Source of the DNA: Erysipelothrix inopinata
Lineage (GTDB): Bacteria > Bacillota_I > Bacilli_A > Erysipelotrichales > Erysipelotrichaceae
Direction: 5' to 3'
DNA length: 32,000 nt
Assembly (NCBI RefSeq): GCF_014396165.1
Contig: NZ_CP060715.1
Coordinates: 1,080,001 to 1,112,000, forward strand
Positions 23,276 to 31,424 of this stretch are shown here, piece by piece (within the stretch, counting starts at the first letter, position 1; every line of letters starts with the position of its first letter). The notes below the pieces were generated by a model that was not told where the DNA came from, did not search any database, and saw only the letters and a list, made by a program, of their open reading frames with translations. A program made the position numbers and the translations under genes.

Positions 23276-25387
23276 ATGACTATTAAAGAATTAAAAATAA
23301 AGGGCATCGCCTTGATGTCCGTAGCTGTTCTTGTAGGATCGCTCGCAACGGTACCTGTAGCAGCAGACGAAACACCGATCTCAGTCCAACAAATGACAGA
23401 TCAAAAATCAATCATTATGGTAGAGGGGATGCCCTATACTATTTTATCACAAAACACAGTTGGTTTTGGCAATGGTAAAGCACTAAAGTTTGAATACTCG
23501 CTTAAAAATGAGATTCCAGCTTCAATTGTGCATGAAGGAAAAACATATGCAGTTACTGAAATTATGGCAAATGCATTTAAAGTTGCGGATTTCGAAACAA
23601 TAAGTCTTCCAGATTCTATTGAAAAAATAGGGCCAGAAGCATTTAGTGGGGCGACTCTTAAAGAAATCAATTTACCAGATTCAATTACATCATTAGGAGA
23701 AGGTGCATTTCAAAATACGCAACGATTAGAAAAAGTATCACTACCACCTAACATCACTGAAATTCCAGATAAGTTGTTCCATAATAGCCAAGGCCTATCA
23801 TCTGTAGTGATTCCAAGTGGTGTCACTAAAATTGGTAAGAAGGCATTTGAATCAACTACAAAATTATCAGAAATATCAATTCCTGATTCTGTATTAGAAA
23901 TTGAAGAGGATGCATTCCGTCAAGCAGAAAATCTTGTGGATGTGAAATTTGGAAAAGAATCGAAACTTAAATCAATCGGAGACCAAGCATTCATGCATGT
24001 TGACGCTATGAAGCGATTTGTTATTCCTGGTTCAGTTGAACATATTGGAAATAAAGCTTTCAGTGGTGCAACACACCTCGCAACACTCGTAGGTCTCGAA
24101 AATAGCCAAGTTAAATATCTTGGAGAAGAAGCATTCAATAACTCTTTACTGAGAACCATGAATTTACCCAACAGTCTTGAAAAATTAGGACGTCGTGCAT
24201 TCTCGGGAATGGATAAGTTGGAATCTATCACAATTCCAGAATCAAACCGATACTTCAGTGTAGAGAATGATGTTCTCTACAACAAAGATAAAACACAAAT
24301 GATTCAATATGCACGAGAGGCACGTCACGATTCTCTTACATTACCAAACAGTGTAAAAACAATGGGTACTTACAGTTTTGCGGAAGCGATTCGCTTATCA
24401 GAAATTAACCTCAATGAGGGTCTTGAAGTTATTGAACCTTTCGCAATGCGTTATATGAATGAAGTTACAACACTTGTTCTACCTAGCACCGTAAAGTCCG
24501 TTGGAAATCTAGCAATCTCTGATATGTTGATGTTAGAAAGTCTGACACTCTCAAAAAGTCTTGAAACTGTTAATGGTTACAGCTTTTATAACCTAGAGAG
24601 TCTTGAATCTCTCATTATTCCTGAGGGTGTAAAACTAATAAAGAATAATGCATTTACAGGTGCCATTAAGTTGAACCAAGTAACGATTGCAGGCGATAGT
24701 ATAGAATTTGAATCAGGAGCGTTTGGATCCGTTGATGCTGCGAAAAATATTCATTTTAATGTTGAATCAGAAGCTATAGCACAAAAACTTCAAGCAATCG
24801 GTTATCAAGAGAACCAAATAACGGTTAAACAACCCGTATACTACACAATCACAGTTCAATTCGTTGATGAAAATAATGAAATCATTCAAGACGAAATTGA
24901 ATTGACAGAATTAGAATTGTCAAAGTTTGAATATATTTTACCCGAGATTGAAGGATACGAACTCTTAACAAAATCAGATGATTTACCACTCGTTTATAGT
25001 GAGAACCAAATACTTCAAGTTCGATACAAAAAGGTGCTACCTGTAGATCCAGTAGACCCGGTAGATCCAGTAGACCCGGTAGACCCAGTAGACCCAGTAG
25101 ACCCAGTAGACCCAGTAGACCCAGTAGATCCAGTAGACCCAGTAGATCCAGTGGATCCAGTAGGTCCAGTAAATCCTGTCGAACCAGTCGAACCAATTAA
25201 TCCAGTAAACCCAATAGATCCAAACATTACTCAAGAACCAAGCAAACCTAATGAAGTCAAAAGCAATGAAGATAATCGAGGTAATGTACTACCTTCAACA
25301 GGTATCGCTACCTCCTATCTCGGATACAGTTTATTAGGACTTGGAACTTTAGCATCAAGTTATAGAAAATATCGTAGAAAAGATTAG
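23276..25387 (+). CDS. Sortase-anchored surface protein: BspA-type leucine-rich repeats (LRR_5) + MucBP-like domain + (PVD)n linker + LPSTG
   Basis: SD aggagg. Signal peptide ...VPVAADE. About 20 repeats of the I.IP.SV..IG..AF pattern. [16 protein letters not shown]...GYEL...VRYKK resembles MucBP. LPSTG at 25289-25303 followed by a TM helix and YRKYRRKD. Confidence 0.85.
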   Translation: MTIKELKIKGIALMSVAVLVGSLATVPVAADETPISVQQMTDQKSIIMVEGMPYTILSQNTVGFGNGKALKFEYSLKNEIPASIVHEGKTYAVTEIMANAFKVADFETISLPDSIEKIGPEAFSGATLKEINLPDSITSLGEGAFQNTQRLEKVSLPPNITEIPDKLFHNSQGLSSVVIPSGVTKIGKKAFESTTKLSEISIPDSVLEIEEDAFRQAENLVDVKFGKESKLKSIGDQAFMHVDAMKRFVIPGSVEHIGNKAFSGATHLATLVGLENSQVKYLGEEAFNNSLLRTMNLPNSLEKLGRRAFSGMDKLESITIPESNRYFSVENDVLYNKDKTQMIQYAREARHDSLTLPNSVKTMGTYSFAEAIRLSEINLNEGLEVIEPFAMRYMNEVTTLVLPSTVKSVGNLAISDMLMLESLTLSKSLETVNGYSFYNLESLESLIIPEGVKLIKNNAFTGAIKLNQVTIAGDSIEFESGAFGSVDAAKNIHFNVESEAIAQKLQAIGYQENQITVKQPVYYTITVQFVDENNEIIQDEIELTELELSKFEYILPEIEGYELLTKSDDLPLVYSENQILQVRYKKVLPVDPVDPVDPVDPVDPVDPVDPVDPVDPVDPVDPVDPVDPVGPVNPVEPVEPINPVNPIDPNITQEPSKPNEVKSNEDNRGNVLPSTGIATSYLGYSLLGLGTLASSYRKYRRKD
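25040..25219 (+). repeat. 9-bp in-frame tandem repeat (ccagtagac/ccggtagat variants) encoding (PVD)n, degenerating to [15 protein letters not shown]
   Basis: Direct reading: about 12 perfect PVD units followed by about 7 degenerate units. Confidence 0.9.
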
Positions 25388-25390
25388 TAA

Positions 25391-25417
25391 AAATGAACCG
25401 ACTCGTTCGGTTCATTT
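25391..25417. terminator. Bidirectional terminator; also contains the stop codon of the convergent glycosylase gene
   Basis: aaatgaaccga pairs with tcggttcattt (11 bp), loop ctcgt. T-runs on both strands. Confidence 0.8.
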
Positions 25418-26629
25418 TATCTGTGCAATGTAATACCAATGATAGATACAGGCAATCGAGCGGTAGGGTTCGTAACTCTTAAAGTAATGCTCAAATGTGT
25501 CACGATTCATTTCCTCAAGTTGTAGAAATGATTTTACCGAATTTCTCAGAGCAATGTCTTCATATGTATCTAAATTTAATCGATTATAAGAGTGTATAAG
25601 AATAATTTTTGCACTCCATACTCCAATACCTTTTAGTCTCGTAAGTTCCTTAATGGCTTGATCATCAGGCATCTCATATAGAGCATTTAGGTTTAGATTG
25701 CCACTCTCCATTTCCTGGGCAATCAAGGAGATATAGTCGGCTTTGGAAAGTGTTAGGCCAACTGATTTTAAATCTTCAATGGAGGCATCTCTAACCGCCT
25801 CTTGTGTAGGAAATGTATCAGTGAAGCGTTTCATAATTGTTTTTGCAGCAGGAGCGCTAATAAGTTGACCGACAATGGCATAAATTATGCCCCAAAATGG
25901 ATCGGGATGTGAGGGTCTCTGTATGTACCCATATGTATCAATCATCATTGCTATAAAAGGTTGGTTACTAATTTCTTGAATTTGAGCAAGTGAATAGGAA
26001 ACGAAAGGAGTTTCATCGTTTAAAGGATCTGTAAGTGTTGGATGAGGAATTGGCTTAAGGTGGTCCTTGCCGTAGGCAACAATTAGGGCATGAAATTCTT
26101 GAAAGAGATAAGTATCTAAAGGTAGCGAATCCATCATATATTTTTGAATTTTTTGATATGATTTCATCTCAGGATGGCCAGTTCTTATCAACAATCGTTT
26201 TAGATAAGCATCAACAACAAACACAGGGCGATTGAACAAGTATAGCAGAATACAATCACAGGTTTCCTCTCCGATCCCATGTATGGAAAGTAGTTCGTTT
26301 CGCAAATCAAGAGTAGGTATAGATTCTAGTTTTTGTTTATCAAATTGGTAAGTCTCAAACCATGAGAGAAGATTTTTAATAGTTTGTGCTTTACGGGTGT
26401 AGAATCCTGCAGGTTTAATGACCTCAATAAGAGTATCTAATGGCATGTTTAAAATTTTGTGACCGTGCCATGAACTGAAATTTTTAAGTGCTGTTTCTAC
26501 ATTGCTCCAGTTTGTATTTTGGACAAGGACAGCACCTATCATCATTTCAATATCATTGTCGGCAGGCCACCAGTACTGTTTACCATAAGTGTTATAAAGA
26601 TTCATGTATATTTGGTCAATAGTAATCAT
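25412..26629 (-). CDS. Fusion of two HhH-GPD DNA glycosylase modules: N-terminal EndoIII-related (COG2231-like, no Fe-S cluster) + C-terminal AlkA/3-methyladenine glycosylase II-like (COG0122-like)
   Basis: N-terminal half: YWWPADNDIEMMIGAVLVQNTNWSNV, HGIGEETCDCILLY...VVDAY. C-terminal half: PFWGIIYAIVGQLIS, LKGIGVWSAKIILIH...TYEDIAL. No SD is visible upstream of the ATG. Confidence 0.7.
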   Translation of the reverse strand: MITIDQIYMNLYNTYGKQYWWPADNDIEMMIGAVLVQNTNWSNVETALKNFSSWHGHKILNMPLDTLIEVIKPAGFYTRKAQTIKNLLSWFETYQFDKQKLESIPTLDLRNELLSIHGIGEETCDCILLYLFNRPVFVVDAYLKRLLIRTGHPEMKSYQKIQKYMMDSLPLDTYLFQEFHALIVAYGKDHLKPIPHPTLTDPLNDETPFVSYSLAQIQEISNQPFIAMMIDTYGYIQRPSHPDPFWGIIYAIVGQLISAPAAKTIMKRFTDTFPTQEAVRDASIEDLKSVGLTLSKADYISLIAQEMESGNLNLNALYEMPDDQAIKELTRLKGIGVWSAKIILIHSYNRLNLDTYEDIALRNSVKSFLQLEEMNRDTFEHYFKSYEPYRSIACIYHWYYIAQIK

Positions 26630-26898
26630 GAGTACAATATAACATAGCTAATCAAAATAAAGTATAAAACTAATAAATTTTGAGAACTTCTAGCTTATGA
26701 TTCGAAAACCTGAGCGATTATCTTACGTATACTTATTGAGAAGTATATTTTCATGAAATATACATATCTAAGAGACGATAAAATGATATAGTGAAAGTAA
26801 GAAAAGGTATCCAAGGAATGAAAATAATAAGAAAGGAGATCGAAAGGTCGGTACCAAATTCAGAAGACTTTAACATTTTAAACAAAAAGGAGAAATAT

Positions 26899-27444
26899 AT
26901 GAAAAAAATAATATTTTCATTTTTGATTTTATTCTTATTGGTAGGATGTACGCAGAAAGTAGAAGACACTAAAGAAACAAAAGATCCGGTAAAAGAAACT
27001 AAAGAAAAAACACTTGCGCAAGCACAACCTGATAAAGTGGATTGGCTTGTGGAAATGGAAAAAGATGATGTCACAAAACTGTTGTCGATGGTTGATATTA
27101 AAGATGAAAACTACAACGGTGATATAAGAGTGTTTGTGATTAAGTCAAAGGCAAATGTCGGCGAAAATAAAGTGGGTCTTTTTGGTATCCCGTGCTCGGG
27201 AGCAGGATATTTTTCATTTACTTATGAACCAGTTGGGGAATTCACTTACCGCCAAGTGGGAGAGGCAACAGAGAACTCTGATGGTATGATGGAAAATCTG
27301 AAGAAAGACTATTTCTTCTTTGTCATTAAAAATAATAAAATTAAGTTTATTGATGCAAAAGATGATCTAACGATTGAACAAATGGACAACCTAGATATGA
27401 GTGATGGTCTCAACCTATCTACAGGTGAGGCACAGTGTCGATAA
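26899..27444 (+). CDS. Lipoprotein of unknown function
   Basis: SD aaaggag with a 7 nt spacer. Lipobox LLVGC (MKKIIFSFLILFLLVGCTQK). The 36-codon upstream extension in the ORF track lacks a plausible SD. Confidence 0.7.
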   Translation: MKKIIFSFLILFLLVGCTQKVEDTKETKDPVKETKEKTLAQAQPDKVDWLVEMEKDDVTKLLSMVDIKDENYNGDIRVFVIKSKANVGENKVGLFGIPCSGAGYFSFTYEPVGEFTYRQVGEATENSDGMMENLKKDYFFFVIKNNKIKFIDAKDDLTIEQMDNLDMSDGLNLSTGEAQCR

Positions 27445-27535
27445 ATGTTACTTTGAAAATGAAATTAATTTCATAAAGCAAAACCAGCCATTTTTATATG
27501 TTATAGTTTTGGATAAATAGAATGGGGTTTTTACT

Positions 27536-28060
27536 ATGAATCAAACAGAAGAAAAAGTTGTGACACTAAGAGCTGCGGCAGAACACAGTAAGTATGAACT
27601 TTATGTACCGCTCTTTGGTAGTATTGGTATGATAATAGCTGGTTTAATATTAGGAAATATTCCTGTGTTTTTACCAGGTTCGAATGCTGCACCTAAAGTT
27701 GTGACCTATGGTGCTTTTGCCTTAGGGATTATTGGATTCATCTACTGGGCAAGTGTTCAAAAACCACGTGTAGAATGGAATAGCAAAAATGGAAGAATTA
27801 TCTTTTATCCGGATCATTTCGTTCAAGTTATTAATCAAAAAGAGATTACGGAGAACTATGATAATATCAAAGAAATCCGTATCATGAAAGCAACGCAACA
27901 AACGCGTGGAACAGGTTTAACTGCAGTCACAACCAACCATTTTGTTTCGATTATAGACCAAAGTGGCAAAATCATTACTACCTTTAATACAAAGACATAT
28001 GACAGAGTATTGGAGTATCTTGAATCAAGTCCTTTACAAAATATTTTAGTTTATCGATAA
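27536..28060 (+). CDS. Two-TM membrane protein with a C-terminal beta-rich cytoplasmic domain (possibly a bacterial PH-like, YdbS-type architecture)
   Basis: Hydrophobic helices LFGSIGMIIAGLILGNIPVFL and YGAFALGIIGFIYWASV. The architecture only resembles bPH proteins, and the SD is weak. Confidence 0.5.
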   Translation: MNQTEEKVVTLRAAAEHSKYELYVPLFGSIGMIIAGLILGNIPVFLPGSNAAPKVVTYGAFALGIIGFIYWASVQKPRVEWNSKNGRIIFYPDHFVQVINQKEITENYDNIKEIRIMKATQQTRGTGLTAVTTNHFVSIIDQSGKIITTFNTKTYDRVLEYLESSPLQNILVYR

Positions 28061-28079
28061 GTCCTTCGGGACTTTTTTT
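28060..28079 (+). terminator. Intrinsic terminator
   Basis: agtcc-ttcg-ggact (GC-containing tetraloop hairpin) followed by a T7 run. Confidence 0.75.
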
Positions 28080-28123
28080 ACTGTATAATTAGTATATACA
28101 AGATATGGAAAAGAGGTGGAATA

Positions 28124-28891
28124 ATGCTAAGAGAGATTAGTAAAAGAAGTTATAGGAATCAATATCCTTATAACACTATTGATTTTGAATATCTTAGTTT
28201 GAACGCACCAGTTGTCTTCTTTACGGGAGAGAATGGATCGGGTAAATCAACACTTTTAAGAGCCATTAGTATTCATTCAAACAGCTACACCGTTGCGAAG
28301 AATATCGACTATAATAGCTCACAATATTTAGATTATTCCTTATCGTGGAGTCGAAAATTGAAAAGAGGATATTACTTCCAATCTGAAGACTTTTATTCAT
28401 TTTTAAATTGGGTTTCAGATGAAGAAAAGGAAAATAAGGATTTATACGATGATGCGAAAGCACGTCATGGTGAGCACTCAAGTATGGGGACCATTCTGGA
28501 ATTAGGAATGCATGAAGGAAATCGCCAAAGAATGAACAATATGGTCGATGAATTTAAGCTTGCATCTCACGGTGAGGGATATATCCGGTTCTTTGCATCA
28601 AAATTAAGACCGAATACACTCTACCTACTTGATGAACCTGAAACACCGTTATCATTTCAAAATCAATTGACACTCATTTCACTGATTCATGAATATGTTA
28701 CTAAGGGAAGTCAATTTATTATCTGTACGCACTCACCCATCTTATTAGCTTATCCAGATGCACTAATATATCAGTTTGATCAAGATATTAGAGAAATTGA
28801 CTATAATGATCATCCGATTGTAAAGGATTATAAGTCATTTCTTTCTCGTCCAGATCATTATTTACATTATTTATTAGATGAGGAAGCATAA
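28124..28891 (+). CDS. Stand-alone ABC/SMC-like AAA ATPase (COG3910-type predicted ATPase)
   Basis: SD agaggtgg. Walker A GENGSGKST, signature-like SHGEG, Walker B LYLLDEPE, H-loop ICTHSP. Confidence 0.7.
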   Translation: MLREISKRSYRNQYPYNTIDFEYLSLNAPVVFFTGENGSGKSTLLRAISIHSNSYTVAKNIDYNSSQYLDYSLSWSRKLKRGYYFQSEDFYSFLNWVSDEEKENKDLYDDAKARHGEHSSMGTILELGMHEGNRQRMNNMVDEFKLASHGEGYIRFFASKLRPNTLYLLDEPETPLSFQNQLTLISLIHEYVTKGSQFIICTHSPILLAYPDALIYQFDQDIREIDYNDHPIVKDYKSFLSRPDHYLHYLLDEEA

Positions 28892-28893
28892 AG

Positions 28894-28917
28894 AAAACGG
28901 AGCCTAAACTCCGTTTT
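28894..28917. terminator. Bidirectional terminator overlapping the stop codon of the convergent HAD gene
   Basis: aaaacggag pairs with ctccgtttt (9 bp), loop cctaaa. Confidence 0.8.
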
Positions 28918-29639
28918 TATAGTAGGTTGATTTGTTCTAGAATTGTTTTCGCAACATCTGATTTTTCAATCGTAAATGTTGCATGTTTTGCATAATCACT
29001 ATCACCGACACAATATGAGCGAATTGAATCTTTAAACATGGGGACATCATTCGCATCATTACCGAAGGCAACATATTCTACGATACCGAGACTTCTAATT
29101 GCATTTGATTTACTACAGTTTTTGGGTGAAACATCAATAAGGTGTTCGCGAGAATGTTGGGTAAGAACAACATCTTGTTTTTTTAAGAATTCGATTGTTT
29201 CTGCTGAAGGTTCGAAAATTAGTATTTTATTAATTGTTTTCAGTTCGGATAATGGAAGATGCTTCGCAAGGTGACTGTTGACTTGTGGATAGAATGCACC
29301 ATTAAGGTCACCCTTAAAAGCAAAATCCCAATCACTATCAATCATATAGTCATAATCATTTTTTTCAACATGTGCCAGTATCGGCTCATGGACTTCTTTT
29401 GCTAGCTGTTGCGCATCAATACCTTTATCAGTTTTGGTAAATGCGCCATTACCACCTATCCACATTGAATCTTTAAACTCTTTCGGAACGATTTCCATCA
29501 TATCTCGAATTGGACGAGCGGAAGCAAAGATTATTTCGCCACCTTCTTCTTGTAATTTTAATAATGCGGATATGATTTCTTGGTCTATGGAGACACCATT
29601 AAAGGACAATGTTCCATCAATATCAAATACATAGTTCAT
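28917..29639 (-). CDS. HAD-superfamily (IIB-like) phosphatase
   Basis: FDIDGTLS motif I, ASARP motif II, GNDANDVPMF motif IV. Start set at MNYVFDIDG (SD aaggag, 6 nt spacer). Confidence 0.75.
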   Translation of the reverse strand: MNYVFDIDGTLSFNGVSIDQEIISALLKLQEEGGEIIFASARPIRDMMEIVPKEFKDSMWIGGNGAFTKTDKGIDAQQLAKEVHEPILAHVEKNDYDYMIDSDWDFAFKGDLNGAFYPQVNSHLAKHLPLSELKTINKILIFEPSAETIEFLKKQDVVLTQHSREHLIDVSPKNCSKSNAIRSLGIVEYVAFGNDANDVPMFKDSIRSYCVGDSDYAKHATFTIEKSDVAKTILEQINLL

Positions 29640-29745
29640 AGTAAACTCCTTCAAATATTCTGCTCAAAATATCATAACACGAAGCTACTAATAAATGAAA
29701 AATAATGATTAATTTTAACATTACAATGGAATAACCCTAAATAAT

Positions 29746-30069
29746 TTATTCAATTATTTCATAATGAAATTCATGAACGAAAGAAGCTTTTTCCCTTGTG
29801 ATAAAAATTTGAAAGAGGGTGGGATCGTTTGGAAAGTCAAAATTTAAGTGTACCGAATCAAAATGTACAGGCTTTGAAAAATCAATAATATCTTCAATTT
29901 TGATGTCATCGATACTTGTTACATAGAAAGGTTTAGTATGATCTTTAACTTTAAGATGATAAATATTTTCTGATTTCAGTTGCCTCTTTATTTGTTTATT
30001 ATCTCTTATGAGACAAAATATAACGACTCCCATTAATACAAAAATGATTTTTGTTGTTTTATTTTTCAT
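29746..30069 (-). CDS. Small N-terminally anchored protein of unknown function
   Basis: Strong SD aggagg. N-terminal helix KIIFVLMGVVIFCLI. No family recognised. Confidence 0.5.
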   Translation of the reverse strand: MKNKTTKIIFVLMGVVIFCLIRDNKQIKRQLKSENIYHLKVKDHTKPFYVTSIDDIKIEDIIDFSKPVHFDSVHLNFDFPNDPTLFQIFITREKASFVHEFHYEIIE

Positions 30070-30263
30070 GGTTTCCTCCTGATATTAAGATAAGCGATAA
30101 TGATATATAACCATACTAAAATACGTGGAAATAACACTGAGAATTATAAAAGGATGAAAGGACATGCTAAGTGGTATTAAAAAGAAGAACAGTTGATTCA
30201 TTGGTCACACCATATTGTGAATTGACACAGTGAGACACACATTCAAGAATCAATAAAAATAAC

Positions 30264-30294
30264 GCGCTCACACTTACTGTTGAGTGCTTTTTTT
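30264..30294 (+). terminator. Orphan intrinsic terminator in a divergent intergenic region (end of a small RNA or an attenuator of the EamA gene)
   Basis: gcgctca (30264-30270) pairs with tgagtgc (30281-30287), 7 bp including one G-U, followed by a T7 run at 30288-30294. No plus-strand gene lies upstream of it. Confidence 0.45.
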
Positions 30295-30397
30295 GTATTG
30301 TCGAAAAAATGGCACAAAACTTGCACTATAGGAGAGAAGGAAGATTTTTTTGTGGAATTTAAGAGTGTATTCTTAAAATTTCAGTAAAGGAGGAAAA

Positions 30398-31327
30398 ATG
30401 TTTAGAGGGATAATATTTACACTTATTGCAGGAATCGCTTTTGGGTTTTCGCCTGTTATATCAACACTCGTTTATAACAATGGTGGTGATCCAATGACAC
30501 TCGTTTTTTTACGCTATGCGTATATGATACCTGCATCATTGAGTATCGTTTTGTTTAAGAAAAAAGAATTACGGTTACCTGCAGAACAAATGCTCAAGCT
30601 TGTATTTGTTGCGGTAGGATGTTCTTTGGTTTCAAGTCTTACACTATACATGAGTTATCAGTGGATTGATCCAGGCGTAAGTACGGCGATTCACTTCATG
30701 TATCCCGTTATCTTGGTAGTATTATCGTTAATCATCTTTAAAGATAAAATAGATAAGAAAACAATCATTGCTCTAGCATTCTCTATTGGCGGAACACTTT
30801 CGATTGTCGAGTTTGGACAATCTGGAAGTATACTTGGAGTCGTATTTGCAATCGTAAGTTCTTTTGCATATTCTATGTATCTATTATTAAATGAAAAATG
30901 GCGCTTAGCAGAACTTGATAGTATGGTATTTCTCTTTTATGTTTCAGTTTTCTGTACCTTGACCATGCTTGTAATGATGCCATTGGGATTTAAAATTAAT
31001 CTAAATCAACCTATCGAAAATCATTTAGTGATGATCGTCGTAGCATTACTAACTTCATGCGTAGGACTTCTCTTTATGAAGGAGGGTGTTCGTCTCCTTG
31101 GAAGCAGGATAGCAAGTGTGATTAGTATGTCTGAACCAATTTCTGCACTAGTGTTCAGTGCGTTACTCTTACATTCAGAAGTAACGATATCTACAGTTAT
31201 CGGAGCGGTATTTATTATCACAGCAATACTGATTCTTTTATATAAGCCAAAAAGAAAAAGAGTAAAAGTATCTGATACTACTCATGAAAAGATGACTACA
31301 AACGAACTCAATGAGAGCAAAATCTGA
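30398..31327 (+). CDS. EamA/DMT-superfamily transporter (10 TM)
   Basis: SD aaaggagg. Two EamA-like halves of five helices each. About 300 aa. Confidence 0.8.
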   Translation: MFRGIIFTLIAGIAFGFSPVISTLVYNNGGDPMTLVFLRYAYMIPASLSIVLFKKKELRLPAEQMLKLVFVAVGCSLVSSLTLYMSYQWIDPGVSTAIHFMYPVILVVLSLIIFKDKIDKKTIIALAFSIGGTLSIVEFGQSGSILGVVFAIVSSFAYSMYLLLNEKWRLAELDSMVFLFYVSVFCTLTMLVMMPLGFKINLNQPIENHLVMIVVALLTSCVGLLFMKEGVRLLGSRIASVISMSEPISALVFSALLLHSEVTISTVIGAVFIITAILILLYKPKRKRVKVSDTTHEKMTTNELNESKI

Positions 31328-31424
31328 GAGCACAAAATAAAATGATTCTAAGCTATAAATTTAAATCCTTTAAATTAAGGTTAGTGTACTATATACTTTA
31401 GGCAAGGATTTGAAGGAGGGTGTC

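Noticed and set aside
23434-25234. ORFs 23434-23670(-), 23920-24231(-), 24882-25196(-), 25015-25227(-) and 25037-25234(-).
   Set aside because: They are antisense to the LRR adhesin. The last three are low-complexity artefacts (GST, LLD and YWV repeats) generated by the 9-bp PVD repeat.
26751-27074. 107-aa minus-strand ORF overlapping the lipoprotein gene and its leader.
   Set aside because: It is antisense to a K/E-rich region and has no SD. The plus-strand lipoprotein has a consensus SD and lipobox.
28266-29634. ORFs 28266-28481(-), 29038-29274(+) and 29434-29634(+).
   Set aside because: They are antisense to the ATPase and the HAD phosphatase, so they are shadow ORFs.
30070-30397. A known riboswitch (purine, T-box) upstream of the EamA transporter.
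   Set aside because: I could not find the conserved cores by eye: the T-box sequence and specifier architecture, or the purine-riboswitch junction motifs. Only the terminator hairpin is supported, so it is reported as an unassigned element instead.
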